Virus record (IMG/VR): IMGVR_UViG_3300025806_000014
Coordinates: 1-64,000 of that record
Source of the DNA: a virus
Direction: 5' to 3' (one strand)
Length of the DNA stretch: 64,000 bases
Position 1 is the stretch's first letter. Each line of letters starts with the position of its first letter. The notes under the pieces were generated by a model, which was not told where the DNA came from, did not search any database, and worked only from the letters and a program-made list of their open reading frames with translations. The position numbers were made by a program, and so were the translations under genes. Below, piece by piece: positions 29,738-40,500 of the stretch.

Positions 29738-32700
29738 TTAATTTCCTCCTTTGTTATGTACCAATATTTCATTTGTATAATAGTTATGATTACCACTAAC
29801 ATTGGTTATATTGTAAACAGTATATAAACCTTGCTCCTCTTTTGTAGATACTACTTTAGCCTTTTCTCCATTTAATTGATATACTTCAAAACCTTCTCTT
29901 AATTCAGCTGCATCTATTAGACCTACATTTTCACCATCTATATGATAGAATGGGTGATGTTCAGTTACCTTAAGAGTAGATCCATTGTCAAAGTCTAATA
30001 CAATTACCATACCTACATTTTCTATTACATCTAATCCACCTACGGTACCTACCTCAGTTGTTTGTTTTGATTCATTCCATGTTATTAACTCTTCACCTGA
30101 AATAATATCTTCAATATTTTTTGTATCTCCATTCGCTAAAGCTATTTCAGTCCCGGCTACAAAACACCCTGGTGAATTATCATAACCACTAATTGTTATT
30201 CTATTATTGTTAGTAGAGCCAATAGAAGATGACAGTATAGACCAGCCATGTTGTACTAGTGTTGAGAATGCATTAGCATCAGCAAAATTTACCTCAGCAC
30301 CCTGTTGTTGTACTTCTTTGCCATCCCAAAACATATCAATCATTTTATATCTACCGATCCCATCACCAGCATCAGTTGAATCTGTTGATACTGTTATTAC
30401 TTGATAACCATCAATAACCTGTGCAGAGCTACCACTACTGCTTGCTGCTGCCCACCAAGAGGTCCAGTTTCCTGTTGATGTAGGCGACTTAATTCTAAAC
30501 ATTGGTATCCTTAGATCAACCGACCCATAATTGCTAACAGAAAGTGTACCTCCTTGTTTAGTAGCCGAGTTGTACGCTAATGCCTGTACGTATAGTTTAA
30601 CTAATAACCTTTGCCCAGGGTATCCACCAATAGGAAAAGTAACTTTATAATCATAGCCCGGGTTCGATTGGCTAAATGCCGGCGACGGCTGAATAGATGG
30701 GTCAGCAGTAAAACCATAACCCGGTCCAAAGTTAAGAGAAATATACGGAACTGTTAATTCTAGAGTTGTTGGCATTCCTAAAGAAGGATATTGACCACTA
30801 GGTGTTAGACTTTGTGGTGTTCCAATCTGTCGTGTATTCCACCCATAATTCATAGGAGCGGACTGAGTTGAGCCCGGTGAATAAATTACTGAAGGGGTGT
30901 TATTAATAGATGAGTTTCTACCAGTTGCTCTTTTTAATACCCACGGTGATGCAAATGCAATTTTATTTTTACTTGCAGTAAAGTATTCATTATTATTACC
31001 ACTGTCTCTTACAGAAAATCCTAATGTATTATCCCACATAAAATTTATCGGAGCTACCGGACTCTGTGGTCCTTCGCTTCCCATTGCTATAGCTAATAAA
31101 CCTGCATCTAAACCGGTAGCCGTTTGAGTTCCACCAGTCCATGCTTGTAACATTGCACCTGGGGCTAAATCAGTAACACCATTATTTCCAGTTAATTCAA
31201 ATATATTAGTTGAACCGCTAGCATAACCAGTAGGATCTTTATATATAAGAGTCTGAAATGATTGTGGAGGGTATGATGCAATAAACCCTGCTATTGTTTG
31301 TGGTCCTACAAACCTTGTATGAGGTTGAGGAAGGTTCGTTGTAGGATTAACTCTTCCATAATCAATAACTATACTACAATTATTTAATGCAGTCTGAGTA
31401 GTTTTCTTTAAAATAATTTGACTATTTCCTTGTATATAAATATCACCTCCTATTACAGTGTTAGGGGCCTGTGAAAGGTTTTCAATAACAATATCCCCAG
31501 TGTTTGAAGTACTAGAATTAGATTGTTGAATATTAATATTTCCTGTACTGTTTGTATCTAATGAAATTCCACCACTTCCCGAGTTTAATGATATTGTACC
31601 TGCTGGATTTGAACCAGTTCTTGTATTTAATTTTAATTGACCACCTGAGTATAATTGTATATTTTGATTAGTTGAAGAAGTTAATTGAATTAAACCTGCT
31701 CTTATTTGTGCTACACCTACTTGTGCTGTTTGTTGTAATACAACTGGAAAGCCTGCACCTAATTCCATAAGAGTTGAACCTGCAGTACCTGCTGTAGTTA
31801 AACTAAACTTATTTCCACCTGGAGCGGAACCAACACCTACATTAATTGTAAAATCAGAATTCTCTCCGGAAAAATCCTGTGTAGTTCTTTGTCCTGTTTG
31901 AAATCCTATTGCTTTACCTGCAGTAAAACTTTGAGACTTTGCAGGGGTATTAAGTTGAATTCCTATTAAATCATCTGAGGTAGTTGGTGTCGTAGCTACT
32001 TTAGGCACATCTAAAATTAGACGGTCATCTTGTCCAATTTTAATATTGGATAAATTAGTCATTTCACTATTTACACCAGGCTGCCCTTGCCAATATTTTT
32101 CACCAGGAATTGCTCCTCCTCCTTGAAAAACAATAGCCTTACCACCAGAATCTTTTTGATGAATGAGTAAAGAAACATTATTACTCTGTGCACCAATTGC
32201 TATTTCATTAGGAATTATATAAGCATTTGTTAAAGGAATACCAGTCAGAGCAGTAGTCGTCGTAACAGCACCACCAATCATAACAGTAGGAATTCCTTCA
32301 TTAGTAGTGGTAGCACCTTGCCCACTACCAATAGGACCATTATAAATTGCAGTTTCTTGGTTTATTGATATAGGTCCACCAAATAAATCTCCCATACCAC
32401 CACCTGGTCCTTGTGGGCCCATTGGCCCTTCTAAATCAATAGTAGTCTGAGACCATGTTAATCCAGTATATTCCCAAACAACTCCATTAAATTGTAAATA
32501 ATAATCACCTTCTAATGGCGTACTAGTAGGTGGCACTGCAATTGGTGTGACCCCAGGTGCGGTTGTAGAAGTATCTTCATACCAGGTAGTTCCTTTAGGT
32601 CCTCTTCCACCAGCAGGCCCTACTGGTCCTATTGGCCCGGCTGGTCCTGCAGGCCCTCCACCATTAAGTAACAATTGGTCAAAATTAAAATTTGTTTTAT

Positions 32701-32755
32701 CGACCAGTTGTGAAATAGTATCTGATGCTATTATTTCTTGTATAGTGATTGGCAT
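29738..32755 (-). CDS. Tail fibre/baseplate-attached protein with short collagen segments and a C-terminal Hint domain (1005 aa)
   Basis: ASDTISQLVDKTNFNFDQL (gp9/gp10-like N-terminus), GPAGPAGPIG, C-terminal CFVAGT...VTEHHPF...VYNI...LVHN. Confidence 0.8.
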   Translation of the reverse strand: MPITIQEIIASDTISQLVDKTNFNFDQLLLNGGGPAGPAGPIGPVGPAGGRGPKGTTWYEDTSTTAPGVTPIAVPPTSTPLEGDYYLQFNGVVWEYTGLTWSQTTIDLEGPMGPQGPGGGMGDLFGGPISINQETAIYNGPIGSGQGATTTNEGIPTVMIGGAVTTTTALTGIPLTNAYIIPNEIAIGAQSNNVSLLIHQKDSGGKAIVFQGGGAIPGEKYWQGQPGVNSEMTNLSNIKIGQDDRLILDVPKVATTPTTSDDLIGIQLNTPAKSQSFTAGKAIGFQTGQRTTQDFSGENSDFTINVGVGSAPGGNKFSLTTAGTAGSTLMELGAGFPVVLQQTAQVGVAQIRAGLIQLTSSTNQNIQLYSGGQLKLNTRTGSNPAGTISLNSGSGGISLDTNSTGNINIQQSNSSTSNTGDIVIENLSQAPNTVIGGDIYIQGNSQIILKKTTQTALNNCSIVIDYGRVNPTTNLPQPHTRFVGPQTIAGFIASYPPQSFQTLIYKDPTGYASGSTNIFELTGNNGVTDLAPGAMLQAWTGGTQTATGLDAGLLAIAMGSEGPQSPVAPINFMWDNTLGFSVRDSGNNNEYFTASKNKIAFASPWVLKRATGRNSSINNTPSVIYSPGSTQSAPMNYGWNTRQIGTPQSLTPSGQYPSLGMPTTLELTVPYISLNFGPGYGFTADPSIQPSPAFSQSNPGYDYKVTFPIGGYPGQRLLVKLYVQALAYNSATKQGGTLSVSNYGSVDLRIPMFRIKSPTSTGNWTSWWAAASSSGSSAQVIDGYQVITVSTDSTDAGDGIGRYKMIDMFWDGKEVQQQGAEVNFADANAFSTLVQHGWSILSSSIGSTNNNRITISGYDNSPGCFVAGTEIALANGDTKNIEDIISGEELITWNESKQTTEVGTVGGLDVIENVGMVIVLDFDNGSTLKVTEHHPFYHIDGENVGLIDAAELREGFEVYQLNGEKAKVVSTKEEQGLYTVYNITNVSGNHNYYTNEILVHNKGGN
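29753..30166 (-). other. Hint (intein-like/BIL) autoprocessing domain
   Basis: Block A CFVAGT, block B TEHHPF, terminal HN followed only by KGGN-stop; no homing endonuclease. Confidence 0.88.
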
Positions 32756-32765
32756 TTCTTTTTTA

Positions 32766-35700
32766 TTATTTTTTAACTATCGTGACACTGAACCCATATG
32801 ATTCAGAGAAACCTGTTCTTTTATTATATATTAGCCTTAAATCAAATGGATTTGTATTTAAGGTTTTAGATGCTACATTATTATTAATAGTTAACCCTTT
32901 ACTAATCTTTTCCTCATTAGTTAATTCGGCTGTAGTATATGTAGATCCACCTTTAGTTCTACTTGCTAATGTATAAAAATCAACCTTTTCTATTTTATAT
33001 AACTTTAAAATATTTTCTTTTATGTATTGATTTACATCATCATCTAATGTTTCTAAATCACCATAACCAAATTCATCTTTTATATAAAGTAAAAACTGCT
33101 CTTTTATTGGAGTAAACAAATATTCCATTAATCTTTTTTGATTAAACAAATAAAATGTTTCTACTGGTGCAGATTGTTTTTTCTTAATAGCTCTAGTATT
33201 TAAAACGCCTTCTGACTTAATAGACCTTTTACTGATTGACACTGCAGGTTGATCCTGGTACATAAATGTTCCACTTATTAAACTCGGTTGTCTAATAGCG
33301 GCTTTTATAAAAGGGTCAGGTTTAAATGTTTCTAATACAATCGTTTCTGGAACTTTAAGATATTTGGATCCAAAAAATGATTTTCTTTCAAACATTGATC
33401 TTGTACCTATAACTTTTTCTATTGCTGATTTATCAATACTCTTTATAAAATAAGAAGGTTCCCAGTTAGAAGAAAACATATAAAAATCTCTATAATCAAT
33501 TCCTATTTCATTAATAAGAGGATATAAACTATTAAACGCGCTTTCTCTAGATAATTCTAAAACAGTAGATGGATCTTGTTCATTTACTTTATGATAAAAG
33601 AAATTTTGAATTTGTCCAAATTCTGGATCGGAACTATTAAACTGTGCATTCTTATATTTACATAACTCCATTACTTTTATTTTATATGCTGCATCTGGAA
33701 TAAGTACACTACCTGTCCCACCTGTAACTTCTTCAAAATCTAAATTTTGATAAGGGTCTCTAAATGATAATAAAGGTAATGCGTAAGGTTCATAATAACC
33801 AGCATGCCTAGCTATAGGAGTTATTCTTGGTGTCTTTTGCAAAGATAAATCATATCCTATTACATCAGCCAAGTTAAAGGCTGTTGGTTTTGCAGGATCT
33901 GGTAATACACCAACATAAATAGATTTTAAAATATCAGACTGTGCGCGTAATTCAATACCAAAGGTTTGCGCTAAACTTCCGTCTTTATTTTTAATTTGGC
34001 TACCATCGGCTGCAATTGTTTCATATATAATGCTAGGATTACCTTGATTAACAGAATCAAAAATATTACCGAAAGCAGCAGCAGTTAACCTATTATCAAA
34101 TTGTTGATAACCACCTTGGCTAATGTCATATTGAGCCGATCTTAACGCGTTGTTTGGTGGAGATCCAATAGGAAGGCTAACGTTAGTTGTAACACCACCT
34201 TCAGTTTTAGTAACGGTAGTAGCCGTAAGTGTGCTATTATCAATTACACCTTGGATTCCTTTAATTTCAAAACTTTGCTGCGCCGGTGTACCGATTCCAA
34301 TCCTCCATTTAATACTTCCGTATGAACCATCTTCTAATATTCTAACATCATTAACTAATTCAGGTAATGTACCGTCAAGGGCTGGCTGAAACCTAATTGT
34401 AAAGATACCATTTGAATCTTGTGTAGAAGTAGCAAATGAAACTGCCCCTCTTAGACTTGTTTTCTCATAATCATATTTACCATTACTTAATATTCTAGGG
34501 GAACAATCACTAAGAGTTACATATGAACTATTTAAAGAATATAAAGTTGTTCTATCTATAATAGAAGTACTATTAATATCTGGTTGCAAACATTTATCTA
34601 TGTAAGCCATAGAAATTAACATAACAACAGTTTTCCATTTTTCATTTTTTATAAATTTAACTTGAAATTCTGGTATGTTAGGATCTGGTGTTCTACCATC
34701 TGAGTTTAAATTAGGAACTAACATTACCGAAAATCTATAATCATTAAATTCACCATCTCTGACATAAGATAATGATCTTGCATTAAAATCAGCTTTCTCT
34801 GTACCTATTGCTTTATTTTTTGCTATAATTCTAACCCCTCTTAAAAATGTTTCTGAAAAATTCTTTTCATCACCACCATTTAATCTACCATACCTTAACT
34901 GCCTATCTATTTCAGTAATGCCTCTGGTTGTAAACTTTTGAACTACAAAGTAATCATTAAAATAATCTTTAATAACATTTTGAAATGTTCCTGGGACAAA
35001 TGCTTGCCCTGTTGCGAAATTAGCTTGTGTGTTATCTCTAGGCGCCTTATCTATATAACTCCAGGATTTTTCAATAGCATCTTTTGTAAAATAATTTGGA
35101 AATTCTGATAAGTAATACCATTCATGAGTATAACCACTAGCTTCTTGGATCTTATCCCATTTAGATGGTGCAAAATTATTTAAGCCAAATGCCTCGTTTG
35201 CATTTAGTCTATATGGATGGTTTCTAACATCTTTACCATTATTAACCCATGCCCATTTATTAATATATGGAGCAATTCTTGAAATAGCAGCTTGAGAAGT
35301 TAAAAAGTTTTCCTCTAATCTAACATATTCACTTTTAATATATTGTTCATCAGGGTTTTGTTTTTCGGCATCACCTACTAAACCGATAAGGTTATAAAAA
35401 CCACCATTATCATAAAAGCTTCTAATTTCAGGATTACTACTTACACCTTCATATTTAAGTGGCACTGCTCCTGCGACTGTTTGATTATATTCATTATATT
35501 CAAAATCTAATTCGCCTTCTTGGCTATATAAAGTACTATAAAAATCAAAATCAAAATCTTTAACTTCAAAAAATGAAAATCTACCAAACGAAGGTTTGTA
35601 ATCTGAGTATAAGGCCACTTGCCCAGATCGCGTTACCATTATTTGATTATCATTACATGTAATAATTGCGTACTTATCAATATCAGTATATCCAATAATT

Positions 35701-37520
35701 TCTCGTAAGCCATTATAAATAGGTTCATCAGTATAAGGAACCCAGTCACCTATAACCGCATAATTACCAGTAGTTTGTACATAATCACCTTTGGTAAATC
35801 TATCTTGGTCACCTAATGTAACTTTTAATAAACTATTTTTTACATCATTTCCACCAACAAAGTGTCCATCCAATTTTACTTCAGATGTTAAAGGATATGT
35901 TTCTGTTTGATCAAAAAATTCAGGATATTGATTATCTAATTTAAAATTTAATCTATTAAACCTAGATCCACTAAACCTTGATTTAACATAAACTGTACTA
36001 TCATTACAGGTAGCAACAAAAAATCTATCATTTTCACTAATACCTTTATTAATTGCAGATGCTATAGATTGAGCTACTTCTTGTATGGTTCCGTTTGGAT
36101 TAAAGAATCGTTCAAAGGATTTGCCAGGCGTTGGTGCTAATGTACTATTGGCAAAAATTTGACCAGTAAATTCGCTACCATCATAAAAAGCAATAGAGCT
36201 ACCATCTTGTACATTGTCTAATATCTTAATATACATTTGCGCTACACCTGCACGACTAATAATACTTGCATTAGCAAAAGTATCAGGCTCCTTATATCCA
36301 GTAAATAAAGATATGTCTACTTCAGTATCAAATAATCTTATCTGATCTTTATCCCAAGTTGATCCTTTTTTAATAGTATGAAAATCATCTTCTTTATCTT
36401 TAACATAAAATATAGACTCTACTTCATTAACTCTCTCCGGTGTTGGTAAGCCTGTTATAACTTCAGTTTTATCAGGATCTAAATAAAGTAATATACCATT
36501 TTCATTTGTTAACTTAAATGGAGTATTTAAAAATTGGGAAACTTCTGTTATAGAAGTTATAGTAGGCTGTTGTGATTTCTCAATATTTGTTCCTTTGTAA
36601 AAAGCCTCACCGGATATATCAAACTTACCTTCTTCAATATCATTAACATACATACCAAAATATCTATTAATAGAATAATCTTTAGCAGTAGGATCGTCAA
36701 ACAAAAATTCCATGTTTAAAAGATTTGCTAAAAGTATGCCATTATTCTGAAATCCTTGTGTAAATAAGTATTCATCTTGTATAATAGTTGAATCTTTTGT
36801 AACCATATCTTCATATGCAAAATTACCTGAACTTGTAAAACCTCCATTACTATATGATATTCCATTCCACAACATAGGCTCATCCCTTCTCCAAGTCATA
36901 TTTAATGGAACTTCTGGAAAGTTTTCTTGATTTCTATAATTTCTAATATAAGACCCTAATGCAGTACCTTGTGTTAAATCAAAAGTTTTAATTGCTGTGC
37001 AATTCTCCAAAACATTTTTATTAAAATTAACTGAGGTTTGCGCATTCGCCGTATCGGCATTTTCTGTTGCGGCTCTAAAGTTGTTGACAGCTGCTGGATT
37101 ATCTAATCTAAAAATTACAAAATAATTTGGTATTTGTTCATTTAACCAAAGTGGTGCAAAAGTACCTAGGCTTTGGGAATAGCTTTCTGATGCTACAGAT
37201 CTGGTACCAGCACAATAAAACATTTCATATTGATTACGATAATTGGAAAGTACAGCATCATCCTCATATTCTTGGAATATCTCATATGCGGCTTCTTTAG
37301 GAAACTTGCCATTATCAAAAAATTTAAAAACATCCTGGTCATAAGTACTAGTACCGTCGACTTTAAATGCTTTAAATTTCTGAGATGATAGTCGAGTATT
37401 AGCACTAAATGATTCTAGATAGATGTCTATACCATCAGACACAATCTTAACATTACCCGTTAACTTAGGGTTTGTTCTAATTAAACTATAGGATGCTTTA
37501 TCGAGCAGGTTTTCAGCCAT
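32766..37520 (-). CDS. Large putative structural protein (1584 aa)
   Basis: Long ORF in the tail/baseplate module, preceded by an AATATATA box; no family recognised. Confidence 0.65.
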   Translation of the reverse strand: MAENLLDKASYSLIRTNPKLTGNVKIVSDGIDIYLESFSANTRLSSQKFKAFKVDGTSTYDQDVFKFFDNGKFPKEAAYEIFQEYEDDAVLSNYRNQYEMFYCAGTRSVASESYSQSLGTFAPLWLNEQIPNYFVIFRLDNPAAVNNFRAATENADTANAQTSVNFNKNVLENCTAIKTFDLTQGTALGSYIRNYRNQENFPEVPLNMTWRRDEPMLWNGISYSNGGFTSSGNFAYEDMVTKDSTIIQDEYLFTQGFQNNGILLANLLNMEFLFDDPTAKDYSINRYFGMYVNDIEEGKFDISGEAFYKGTNIEKSQQPTITSITEVSQFLNTPFKLTNENGILLYLDPDKTEVITGLPTPERVNEVESIFYVKDKEDDFHTIKKGSTWDKDQIRLFDTEVDISLFTGYKEPDTFANASIISRAGVAQMYIKILDNVQDGSSIAFYDGSEFTGQIFANSTLAPTPGKSFERFFNPNGTIQEVAQSIASAINKGISENDRFFVATCNDSTVYVKSRFSGSRFNRLNFKLDNQYPEFFDQTETYPLTSEVKLDGHFVGGNDVKNSLLKVTLGDQDRFTKGDYVQTTGNYAVIGDWVPYTDEPIYNGLREIIGYTDIDKYAIITCNDNQIMVTRSGQVALYSDYKPSFGRFSFFEVKDFDFDFYSTLYSQEGELDFEYNEYNQTVAGAVPLKYEGVSSNPEIRSFYDNGGFYNLIGLVGDAEKQNPDEQYIKSEYVRLEENFLTSQAAISRIAPYINKWAWVNNGKDVRNHPYRLNANEAFGLNNFAPSKWDKIQEASGYTHEWYYLSEFPNYFTKDAIEKSWSYIDKAPRDNTQANFATGQAFVPGTFQNVIKDYFNDYFVVQKFTTRGITEIDRQLRYGRLNGGDEKNFSETFLRGVRIIAKNKAIGTEKADFNARSLSYVRDGEFNDYRFSVMLVPNLNSDGRTPDPNIPEFQVKFIKNEKWKTVVMLISMAYIDKCLQPDINSTSIIDRTTLYSLNSSYVTLSDCSPRILSNGKYDYEKTSLRGAVSFATSTQDSNGIFTIRFQPALDGTLPELVNDVRILEDGSYGSIKWRIGIGTPAQQSFEIKGIQGVIDNSTLTATTVTKTEGGVTTNVSLPIGSPPNNALRSAQYDISQGGYQQFDNRLTAAAFGNIFDSVNQGNPSIIYETIAADGSQIKNKDGSLAQTFGIELRAQSDILKSIYVGVLPDPAKPTAFNLADVIGYDLSLQKTPRITPIARHAGYYEPYALPLLSFRDPYQNLDFEEVTGGTGSVLIPDAAYKIKVMELCKYKNAQFNSSDPEFGQIQNFFYHKVNEQDPSTVLELSRESAFNSLYPLINEIGIDYRDFYMFSSNWEPSYFIKSIDKSAIEKVIGTRSMFERKSFFGSKYLKVPETIVLETFKPDPFIKAAIRQPSLISGTFMYQDQPAVSISKRSIKSEGVLNTRAIKKKQSAPVETFYLFNQKRLMEYLFTPIKEQFLLYIKDEFGYGDLETLDDDVNQYIKENILKLYKIEKVDFYTLASRTKGGSTYTTAELTNEEKISKGLTINNNVASKTLNTNPFDLRLIYNKRTGFSESYGFSVTIVKK

Positions 37521-37537
37521 GTATCTTTCACTTTTTT

Positions 37538-37545
37538 TATATATT
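37538..37545 (-). promoter_or_regulatory. Representative late-promoter-like box RATAWATA (18 copies upstream of genes listed in findings)
   Basis: AATATATA 17 nt upstream of the ATG at 37520; resembles the T4 late promoter TATAAATA. Confidence 0.55.
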
Positions 37546-37571
37546 CACCAAAAGATATAGCAATGGTTAAA

Positions 37572-40500
37572 TTACAGGTCTGCTTCCCCAATGAAAGTAT
37601 TAGCTCCACTTCTTCCTCCTCCGCCGCCACCTGACCTAGTACTTACGGCAGTTTGTGTTAATGAAGGTCTTAATGCTGATACAACTTTTTCTAAATCACT
37701 TAAGCCTTTAGTTACTGTTGCTTTAGGGAATACATCTATACTTAATCTATCAGATCTATAATTAGCAGAAACTTCAATATCAAATTGAACTACATCTGAA
37801 TTATTTGGATATAAATCAAACCCAATTCTTTTAGTATATGTTAAGTTAACAGTAGAACCTGTTTCATCACCACCAATATTACCTAAACCTGTACCTGATG
37901 TAGTTCCAAAATAATCAGTCATTCTATATTGGAATACCAAAGGAACACTAACAGCATTCTGTTGGCCAAACTGTATTACTTCTCTAGATTGTATAGAATC
38001 TCCATCTACTTGAATATTCAAATGATTATCAGAAGATATAAACAGATAAGATCCACAAGACTGCCTTCCTAAAGTATATTGGTCAAAACCTTCAAATGAA
38101 TTTTTAGCATTTCTAGAATAACCACCAGTAATATAACCAGCAGCAGTAGTATCCCACAGATTTACTAAAGCAGCCGACGATAATGATGGGCTAGGCTGAA
38201 GTACTTGTCCAGTATCAAAAGTAAGCCCTGCGTATGGCGCGCCTGTTGCGGTTGACAAATTATACAAGTCGGTAACATTTTCATTTAAATAAATTCCTTG
38301 TTGTTTTCCGTAAGGAGAATCAGAAGTTAACGGTGAAAACTTAGACTGTCTAAATAATACAGCAGCTGTACCATTACCGGCAACAGTACAATCTATTCCT
38401 CCACCTGGAATAATTACTGGCAATGTATTAATATCACCAGTTAAAGATTCATAAGCAGCTTTATATGCAGTGTAATTAGTTAAAAACGGGTGTGCAATTG
38501 AAACTGATACTAAATTATCAGCAGGTGTTTGCGAACCTGGATAAGAAGCTGTTGTAGTAGGAAGCCCAGTATCTAAAAATCCACCACCCCAAATAAATTG
38601 TGTTGTCGGATCAGAAACTGTAGTTGCAGCTGGTGCATTATAAAAATTTTCTAATGTATCTAAATTAAAAGTATAACCATTTGTTGGTAAATCTGCATTA
38701 AGATAACTATAAAAATTACCTTCGGCAGATACATCAGCAAATCTACTATAAATAAACTGATTCTTATTTTGTGTAGACTGAAATGGTGGTTGAGAAACCA
38801 TTTGCCCATACTTTGTGCTGGCAGTAACATCAGGATTTGTTAAAAGAATTGGTGATAGATCATATTTTCTAATCGTATTATAATCAGCATCATCACCCCT
38901 GTATGTAGCCCTATCATTTGACTGATTATCTTTACTATTATCTAGCCATGAATATGTTGCTGGTAAAATAACCGAACCATTTATTATACTTCCAGTGTTA
39001 GTTGGCGAATATAAGCCAGGGTTTTCAGATTGTTTTACCATCCTACTTCTATTACCAGTAATTCTAGCTATTAACTGTAAAGCAGTTTGTGATCTATTTG
39101 CAATGTTAATAAAATAAGTCTTTGAAACAATAGCACCTCTAGGATCATCCAATCCATCAACTTCTTGTGAATAGAATCCAGCAAATACTTTTGTAGTTGC
39201 ATTTCTTCTTAAATTAAATGTATTACCAGTATCATCAACTAAAGTAGTTACTAGTTCACCTTGTGCACTGCTTAGTATTTCTGAAAACAGATCCAATTGA
39301 TTTTGCATATCTTGTAATTTTGTAAACAAATCAATTGGTGTTTGATTCTCGGATAGAAAACCAGAAGCAATTACTGGAGATGAATGAGCAAAATATGTTT
39401 CATTAGCAGTAAAAGAACTGCTTAAGTGAGTAGGTAACCCAATAGATTCTAAATTTTCATTTAATGAAACTAGCGCTAAGTCTTCTTGGTTTTGAGTCAA
39501 TATAGATTCAAGAGCACTATCAGAACTTAAATCAGCTGGAAATTCTACTCTTATAGCTGTACTCCATTCACTTTCTAATGGATTAGCTGGCCACCCTGCT
39601 TCAGAAATAGATTTAACTTGTATTTCTACTTGTTCACCTTTTCTAATTGGAATGTCTAATTGATTAATATTTACTGCATCTGCATTATCATCATTAATAG
39701 CAACCCATTCATATAAACCAGTTATAGTATTTTTAACCCTAGGTCTTAATACACTATCCACTATTACATAATTAGAAAATGCACCTTGGCTAGTACCAGA
39801 CCCGTCAGTATAAGTAAATTGATCTACTGCATTAGCAGCACCGTCCGACGAAAGATACCTGTAACGATATTTAAATTTTATTATATCCTGTACACCTGTT
39901 TCAGGAGCTGATTTTTCTTGTGGCATTGCCCAGAATCCTCTTACTCTATATTTAGGAGTTATACTACTTACAGAATTATCAGATGCAAAAGAATCAATTT
40001 CGGTAACTACAGATGAATATAATTTAGCCTGTGATGCTCTTTCAGTAATTAAACCTTGTAACGCATTTTTATCTGAATCCCTTTCAACTTCAGTAGTATA
40101 ATTAGTTGTTTGTATTTTTGCTCTACTTTGAGAAATAGCAACATCTAATTCACTAAGTGTTGCTTGTATTGTACTCTTTTGATTATTTAAGTCTTTAAGC
40201 TGAACAATAGAATCTGAATTACTAACCTGGCCATTTATTAAAGCCACACTAAAATCCTCAGAAGTTAAAACTGGAGCATTAGGTGTTAAACCTTCCCTAC
40301 TTGTTGGCATCTTGTCTTGTGCAAACGATAAAAGATATCTACCAAAATCAACAGCATTCTGTTGATAATAATCTGCTAAAGTCTGCTGAGTACCAGCAGC
40401 ATTAATAGTTGTTAAATTATTTGTATAAAATCCACTACCCGGTGACCAATTAACAGCAGGTATTTTTGAATCTGGATCAATAGGTTTAATAAAGGTTACA

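Noticed and set aside
29753-30166. Mobile intein with homing endonuclease
   Set aside because: Only ~138 aa, with no LAGLIDADG or HNH motif and no C-extein nucleophile; treated as a Hint/BIL domain instead.
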